In this document: positions 58,415 to 64,000 of the stretch, piece by piece
Position numbering within the stretch: the first letter of the stretch is position 1
Layout of the letters: each line of letters starts with the position of its first letter
From: a bacterium
Lineage (GTDB): Bacteria; UBA8248
Length of the DNA: 64,000 bases
Direction of reading: 5' to 3'
Assembly (NCBI GenBank): GCA_965202625.1
Contig: CBDBBI010000010.1
Coordinates: forward strand, 320,001-384,000
The notes under the pieces: generated by a model
What the model was told of the DNA's origin: nothing
The model's database searches: none
The model's input: only the letters and a program-made list of their open reading frames with translations
Program-made: the position numbers and the translations under genes

Positions 58415-59512
58415 GTGAATCCTTTGAACGTAGAGAGCCTCTTGAGGAAGGGCGTCTCGTCCCTTCACGCTTATGTTCCGGGTCGTTCCATCGAAGACGT
58501 GGCCGCCGAGTATGGGGTGAGCGAAATCATTAAGCTCGCTAGCAACGAGAATGCACTCGGACCCACGCCCCAAGCGATTGAGGCGATTCGGAGTGCGTTG
58601 GACGCCCTGCATCGCTATCCAGATGGAGGGGCGAAGGCGTTGCTTAGATGCCTGTCCAAAAAACTGGGTGTGGCGACGTCACAGGTGTTCGTGGGCAACG
58701 GGGGGGATGATGTGCTCTCCGTTTTGGGTAGAACTTTTCTAAACGATGGAGATGAAGTCGTGATACCCCGACTGACCTTCAGTCCCTATGCGCATGTGAG
58801 CCAAGTGATGGGTGCCCATGTTATTTTTTCGCCCTTACAGGATATGAAAATAGATTTAAGCGATGTCCTCGCCAGAATTTCCGGGCGTACGAAACTCATC
58901 TTTTTGTGCTCTCCGAATAATCCCACGGGCGGTATAATAACTGAGGATGAACTGGTTTTGTTTTTGAGAAAATTGCCACGGGACATATTGGTTCTCCTGG
59001 ATGAGGCCTATGGCGATTTTGTGGACGCTCCGTCCTATCCCGATAGCCTGTCCTTGGTAGAGCGTTTCCCGCTCATCGTTTTGCGTTCGTTTTCCAAGAT
59101 TTACGGACTTGCGGGTCTTCGCGTGGGATTTGGCGTTAGCCGGACTGAGGTGGTGCAATATATGAACCGTGTTCGTGAGCCGTTTAATGTGAATCAACTC
59201 GCGCAAGCGGCGGCTTCGGCCGCACTGGAGGATGACGATTATAAAGAGAGGGCCATTGCCCTGGTTCGAGAGGGGAGAGAAACGCTCTACCAAGCGTTCG
59301 ATGTCATGGGGCTCGAATACCTCGAGAGCCATGCGAATTTTGTTTTTGTGCGCGTAGGCGACGGGGATGGGACGATGAGGAAGCTAATGGAGAGGGGCGT
59401 CATCGTTCGGCCGGGTAACGTGTTCGAGTGTCCCGAATGGATTCGCGTAACAGTTGGACTCCCAGAGGAAAATAAACGCTTCCTCCAAAAGCTCAAGGCC
59501 GCTCTTGCCTGA
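58415..59512 (+). CDS. hisC: Histidinol-phosphate aminotransferase
   Basis: KLASNEN, RYPD, PNNPTG, DEAY, RSFSKIYGLAGLRVG. Confidence 0.96.
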   Translation: MNPLNVESLLRKGVSSLHAYVPGRSIEDVAAEYGVSEIIKLASNENALGPTPQAIEAIRSALDALHRYPDGGAKALLRCLSKKLGVATSQVFVGNGGDDVLSVLGRTFLNDGDEVVIPRLTFSPYAHVSQVMGAHVIFSPLQDMKIDLSDVLARISGRTKLIFLCSPNNPTGGIITEDELVLFLRKLPRDILVLLDEAYGDFVDAPSYPDSLSLVERFPLIVLRSFSKIYGLAGLRVGFGVSRTEVVQYMNRVREPFNVNQLAQAAASAALEDDDYKERAIALVREGRETLYQAFDVMGLEYLESHANFVFVRVGDGDGTMRKLMERGVIVRPGNVFECPEWIRVTVGLPEENKRFLQKLKAALA

Positions 59513-59596
59513 AGCAACTTCTGGGCGAGATAAAGCTTTTCAAGGGTTGCGAGCAGGGCCCGCTCTCGGGAGAGACCGCACTCCCTTCAGGGAAGC

Positions 59597-59872
59597 CTAT
59601 CCGTTGAGTGCGTCTTTCAGTTTTTTTCCGGGAGAGAACTTGGGGGTTTTGTTGGCCTTGATCTGGATTTGCTCGCCCGTTCGCGGGTTGCGTCCCATAC
59701 GCGCGGCCCGTGCCGAGACGGAAAACGTGCCGAAGCCGACGAGTGAGACGCGATTTCCTTTTTTCAGTGTCTGTGTGATGGAGCCAAGCAGAGAGTCGAT
59801 TGCCCGACCTGCCGCGGCTTTGGAAATACCCGCATCTTCCGTTATTTTTTCCACCAGATCAGATTTTTGCAT
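59597..59872 (-). CDS. hup: DNA-binding protein HU
   Basis: MQKSDLV...VSLVGFGTF...GRNPRTGE...[11 protein letters not shown]. Confidence 0.97.
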   Translation of the reverse strand: MQKSDLVEKITEDAGISKAAAGRAIDSLLGSITQTLKKGNRVSLVGFGTFSVSARAARMGRNPRTGEQIQIKANKTPKFSPGKKLKDALNG

Positions 59873-59900
59873 TTGATAGGGTCCCTTTGAAATTTGAGCG

Positions 59901-59929
59901 AATATATTGTTCCTTGTTGGTGAGGTCAA
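59901..59929 (-). promoter_or_regulatory. Putative sigma70 promoter of hup
   Basis: Minus strand TTGACC-17 nt-TATATT. Confidence 0.6.
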
Positions 59930-59966
59930 GGGGAGTTTTTTTAAGACGCGGGGACCGACCTCGAGG

Positions 59967-61679
59967 CTAGCGAAGCGACAAGCCGGTCCGGCGCGGCATT
60001 TTGCGAAGGCGGTCGTAGCGTGCGACGATGGGCTGGTTGCGCAGGGGCTTGGGTTCATCCTCAAGGTTTTGTTGATGGACGTCGTCTGAAAAACCTTGAA
60101 TGCCGACTCTGGGTAGAGCCTTGCCGATGAAGCGTTCGATATTTTTTACAGGTGTGATTTCGCCGGGCGACATGAGTGTCATCGCGTAACCGATGCGGCC
60201 CGCGCGAGCCGTCCTGCCGGCTCGGTGCACATAGTCCTCTGGATATTCGGGCGCATCATAGTTGATGACGTGCGAGATGCCCGTCACGTCGATGCCTCGT
60301 GAGACGATGTCCGTCGCCACGAGAACGCGATGCTTCCCTTGCCGAAATCCTGACAACGCACTCTCTCTTTGACGTTGACTTCTGTCAGAGTGAATCTTGG
60401 CGACGGAAATTTCCTCTTTCTCTAGAAAGCGGCAAAGCTGATCAGCACCCGTCTTGGTTCGCGTGAAAATGAGGACGCTCGTAGCTTCGTATTTCTCGAT
60501 AATGCTTAGCACGCTTCGGGGTTTGTTCGCCATGCTGATGGGGTAGACGCCGTGGTGAATGCCCTCGGCCGGAGTCGATGGCGGTGAGATGTTGATTTGT
60601 ATGGGGTTGTCCACCGCCCGATTCGCTAGTTCCTGGATTTTAGATGGCATGGTGGCGGAGAAGAGCATGGTTTGCCGTTTTTTGGGCAAACGTTTCAAGA
60701 TTTCCGTAATTTCTTCGGCAAAGCCCATGTCCATCATACGGTCGGCCTCGTCAATGATGAGTATCTCCAGTTTCTTGAAATTAACGGATTTTCGGTTCAA
60801 ATGGTCGAGCAGCCTGCCGGGCGTCGCCACAACGACGTCTACGTCGTCTCGGAATACCCGAAACTGTGGCTCATAATCCACGCCGCCGTAAATGACGGCG
60901 CACGAGGTTTTAAGGTGCTTTCCGAGTTTATGAAATTGTTCTGAGACCTGAATGGCCAGCTCGCGCGTGGGCGTGAGGACGAGACACCGAGTGCCTGAGT
61001 CCGCCTGTAGGCGTTCGAGCGTTGGCAGAGCGAACGAAGCCGTTTTCCCTGTCCCGGTCTGAGCGCAGCCGATGATGTCTTCACCTTTGCGCGCGAAGGG
61101 GATCACTTTTTTTTGAATGGGAGTCGGCGCACCGAATCCCATTGTGTGAATCCCTCTGAGCAACTCTGGCCTCAACCCGAGTTCCCTAAAACCCTCGGGC
61201 GCCTGGTTGACGTCGAAGTCACCCATTCCTAATTCGGTTGCTTCTTTGTGGTAGGTGACGCCATTGTAGGAGGTATTAGTGGTTTCCCGGTGGTTTTGGC
61301 GCTTTGCTTCAGGCTCCAACGCGTCGGTTTTCTTTTTTCGGCGCCTTCCCCTTCTGTGGGGCTTCGATTGGTTGTCCTCGTTTTTTTGTTTGTCGGCTTT
61401 TGCGGCCACTTCGTTTTGCTTATGCAAAGGTTCTCCGTTACTTTGTTTTTTTCTTGGGCGTCTGCGCCGGCGGCGCGGGTTCTTGACGTTCGGGTTGACT
61501 TTTTCCGGTTGGGATTCACCATGAGTGCGTTTGGAGGCGGAACCGTGATCGCTCTGGCCAGCGTGATTTCCTGACGGCGCAGATGCAAGGTCCCTCACCT
61601 TATGGGGTGAATGGTTCTCAGGAGTTTCTTTTTTGTTTTTGGAGCGCAGGGTGCTCACTAGGTATTTAATAATCCTCAC
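59967..61679 (-). CDS. DEAD-box RNA helicase with long basic N-terminal extension
   Basis: Q motif [38 protein letters not shown]. Confidence 0.95.
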   Translation of the reverse strand: MRIIKYLVSTLRSKNKKETPENHSPHKVRDLASAPSGNHAGQSDHGSASKRTHGESQPEKVNPNVKNPRRRRRRPRKKQSNGEPLHKQNEVAAKADKQKNEDNQSKPHRRGRRRKKKTDALEPEAKRQNHRETTNTSYNGVTYHKEATELGMGDFDVNQAPEGFRELGLRPELLRGIHTMGFGAPTPIQKKVIPFARKGEDIIGCAQTGTGKTASFALPTLERLQADSGTRCLVLTPTRELAIQVSEQFHKLGKHLKTSCAVIYGGVDYEPQFRVFRDDVDVVVATPGRLLDHLNRKSVNFKKLEILIIDEADRMMDMGFAEEITEILKRLPKKRQTMLFSATMPSKIQELANRAVDNPIQINISPPSTPAEGIHHGVYPISMANKPRSVLSIIEKYEATSVLIFTRTKTGADQLCRFLEKEEISVAKIHSDRSQRQRESALSGFRQGKHRVLVATDIVSRGIDVTGISHVINYDAPEYPEDYVHRAGRTARAGRIGYAMTLMSPGEITPVKNIERFIGKALPRVGIQGFSDDVHQQNLEDEPKPLRNQPIVARYDRLRKMPRRTGLSLR

Positions 61680-61687
61680 GGTGAACG

Positions 61688-61716
61688 TTTATAGGGAAGA
61701 CGTTCGCGTCTGTCAA
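61688..61716 (-). promoter_or_regulatory. Putative sigma70 promoter of DEAD-box helicase
   Basis: Minus strand TTGACA-17 nt-TATAAA just upstream of the GTG start. Confidence 0.6.
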
Positions 61717-61758
61717 GCGGAAAATCCCAAGAACTTGCTATTCGAGGAGAGTTGATTC

Positions 61759-62760
61759 ATGGCGAAAAAGGGGGTCGTTTTGTGGCGTCAGGAGAGCATT
61801 GATGCGAGGGATATTCCGCAATTCGCCAAATGGTGCGAGGATGCGGGCATGGACTCGTTGTGGTTTCCCGAAACCTGGGTGCGCGACGCCAGTGTTCACA
61901 TTGCCATGGCGGCGCAAGCGGTCGATAAAATGAAACTGGGCTCTGCGGTATTCAACGTTTATGGGAGAAGCCCGGGCCTTATGGCGCAAACGGCGGCGGA
62001 GCTGGACATTTTAAGTGATGGCCGCTTCCACTTGGGCATTGGCTCAAGTGGTCGCGCGGTGATCGAGCACTGGCACGGAATTCCATTCGGAAGTCCCCTT
62101 AAGCGCTCTCGGGAGATGGTGGACGCGCTGCGCCAGGCGTTCAGGGGGGAGAGGGTGGAACTGAATGGCGAGGTCTACAAGATGAGCGGTTTTAAGCTGA
62201 GACGAAAGCCGATTCAAGAGCGGCTGCCCATCTATCTGGGGGCAAACGGCCCTAATTATACGAAATTAACCGGAGAGATTGCCGATGGTTGGATTCCTTT
62301 CTGTATACCATTTTCTAGAACGTGGGACGCGCTGAAAATGTTGGAAGAGGGCGCAAAATCGGCCGACAGGGCACTCTTTGAAATTGATGTCGCCCCCTTC
62401 ATCTACGCGGTGCCCTTCGATGACGTTAAGCGCGCTCGCGCCCTCGTGAAGCCGGAGCTGGGTTTCTACATAGGCGCGATGGGCGATTACTACCATGCCC
62501 AGCTCACGCGCTGGGGCTATGGCAAAGATGCGGACAATATTCGGGCAGCCTGGAGGAGAGGAGGTCGGAGGGTGGTCGGAGAGGCTCTCTCGGATGATCT
62601 GGTGGACGAACTTGGTATTTGCGGTCCCAAATCAAGGTGTAACGAGGCTCTTGCGGCTCTGCGGGAGGTGGGCGTCACGCAGCCGCTTTTCCGGGTGCCA
62701 GATGAAATGGGGGAAGAAGACGTGAGGCGCGCGATCCAAATCCTAGGAGAACTCGACTGA
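61759..62760 (+). CDS. LLM-class (luciferase-like, possibly F420-dependent) oxidoreductase
   Basis: WFPETW.RDA, RSPGLMAQTAA, SDGRFHLGIGSSG, PIYLGANGP, GEIADGW. Confidence 0.9.
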   Translation: MAKKGVVLWRQESIDARDIPQFAKWCEDAGMDSLWFPETWVRDASVHIAMAAQAVDKMKLGSAVFNVYGRSPGLMAQTAAELDILSDGRFHLGIGSSGRAVIEHWHGIPFGSPLKRSREMVDALRQAFRGERVELNGEVYKMSGFKLRRKPIQERLPIYLGANGPNYTKLTGEIADGWIPFCIPFSRTWDALKMLEEGAKSADRALFEIDVAPFIYAVPFDDVKRARALVKPELGFYIGAMGDYYHAQLTRWGYGKDADNIRAAWRRGGRRVVGEALSDDLVDELGICGPKSRCNEALAALREVGVTQPLFRVPDEMGEEDVRRAIQILGELD

Positions 62761-62764
62761 AATC

Positions 62765-63285
62765 CTATTTTGGATATCGTCCCCAGCCTGCGATATGGCT
62801 CCTCAGGTAGTAAATTTGTCCCATGTGAGAGAGATGGTCGCCGAAGTATCGGCCCAATGCCAAGCCAATCTTGATGCGCTCTGCGCCGGCGAAATCGGTT
62901 TTTCCCTCATCGAGGTCCGCCGCGCGTAATTCCAATAGGCAGGCGAGCGTTTTCTCGCGTAGGTACTCAAAGTAGCCCCGCAAATTTGTTGACTGTGAGT
63001 GCTAAGACCTGCTCGAGCGTGTCGCCCATGCCGTCTCGGTTAGGCTCTGGCGCCATGACGAAGCGCTCGTGCCATCTCGCCGCTATCCAAATCTGCGAGG
63101 TTTCGCTGATAAATGAGAATGTTCTGTCCTCAAAGCGTTTCATATGTCAGATGAGCCAGCCCATGGTGTTGTCGTTTGTCCGGGTTGAATCGTGAAGTCC
63201 GTGCGTCCCTGACGTCTTCCACCGCTTCTCGAAGCCTTATGCCATAGACGTTCAGGCGTTGGGAAATGAGTGTGGGGGCGTCCAT
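62765..63285 (-). pseudogene. DinB-family protein, disrupted
   Basis: ATG 63285; NTMGWLI*H (TGA at 63147-63149 where Trp is expected); C-terminal DHLSHMGQIYYLR; two frameshifts. Confidence 0.8.
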
Positions 63286-63362
63286 CCGGGTTTTCCTTCG
63301 CGTATGATGCAGACAAAAGCGCGTGCGCCTCTCAGGGGAGCGTTTTTTGGCAGTTGACTTCG

Positions 63363-63998
63363 CTAGATCGCTGTGCTAGCGTGAGCGGTGAATATGTTGT
63401 GCTCCATTTTGGGCTTGCCCTCGAACGCAGGGTCCTCGTTCACCATCTTGGCCAGATATTCATCGACGTGCTCGGCGTTTGACCAAGTGCATTTGTAGGC
63501 CACTTTCTCGTCTTTGCCGATCAGCCAGACGGTGTTCGGAAGGTCTCCGAGCATGGCGTGGACCTTTTGATCCATCTCATCGACCAGGACGTTGGTTTTC
63601 ATTTTTTTGATATAGACTAACTCTTTGGCATAGATCAGCTTATGCTCATAGGATTCATGATTTCTGATCTCGGGGAATCCACGCTCGCCCGCGTGAGGTT
63701 CCCTGACGTAGAGATTGAATACGACGACATCGCGCTCCGCGTATTTTTCCTGCATTTTTTCATAAAACGGCACCTGCCGCCGGTAGGGAGGTCACGTAAT
63801 GGCACCCGTGGTGACCACCATGTATTTTTTGCCCAAATAATCCCCCATACAGTGGAGGTTGCCGTGAATGTCCTTGAGAGCGAAATGGGGAAAAGTACTG
63901 CCCGGAGGAAGAAGGTCTGGAAATTTGCCGTAGAAACTTTTCACCCGCTTACTCGTGACGAGTTTGATAGTTTTCCAAAGGTTCAGATATTGCCAGGA
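63363..63998 (-). CDS. Iodothyronine deiodinase-like selenoprotein (5' end outside window; UGA=Sec at 63794-63792)
   Basis: Frame open from window edge through PGSTFPHFALKD...MVVTTGAIT-UGA-PPYRRQV into the listed ORF with LYVREPH; matches deiodinase FGSCTUPPF / YIEEAH layout. Confidence 0.85.
63766..63794 (-). promoter_or_regulatory. Bacterial SECIS-like element
   Basis: UGA-CCUCCCUACC-GGCGGC-AGGU-GCCGUU: hairpin 10 nt after UGA with G-containing apical loop, similar to E. coli fdhF GCAGGUCUGC. Confidence 0.75.
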
Positions 63999-64000
63999 CC

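Noticed and set aside
1-64000. CRISPR array, IS element or prophage
   Set aside because: No regularly spaced repeats, transposase, integrase or phage structural genes recognised

Overview
Mostly core chromosome of a diderm (Gram-negative) bacterium. The gene orders (F0-only atp cluster followed by rex; argH-lysA-dapF...dapB...dapL-folK; DUF465-ilvB-ilvB-ilvN...psd-pssA) resemble those I recall from Deltaproteobacteria/Nitrospinota-like lineages; taxonomy is inferred, not shown. Contents: ilvE (partial), tRNA-Leu(CAA), plsY/pgsA/sigma70/bamD/mltD, purB-C-S-Q-L-F, ugd/uxs/lptD, pssA/psd, a nested double AHAS cluster, atpZIBE, argH and lysine genes, an ECF sigma cassette, folK-panC, two giant TPR proteins with ExbB/ExbD/TonB, larE-larB-larC coupled to a ThiS/MoaD-like sulfur carrier, hisC, HU, a DEAD-box helicase and an LLM oxidoreductase. 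No integrase, transposase or CRISPR array was seen. Features the ORF track misses: (1) an iodothyronine-deiodinase-like selenoprotein at the right edge, with an in-frame UGA at the catalytic position (GAIT-U-PPY) and a SECIS-like hairpin; (2) shattered pseudogenes (rex, an MFS transporter, a DinB protein); (3) a small LptM-like lipoprotein; (4) a candidate attenuator upstream of ilvB. Best candidates for undescribed systems are the LarE + ubiquitin-like sulfur carrier pair, the receptor-less TPR-TPR-ExbBD-TonB machine, the deiodinase-like selenoprotein and a membrane-anchored ferredoxin fusion.
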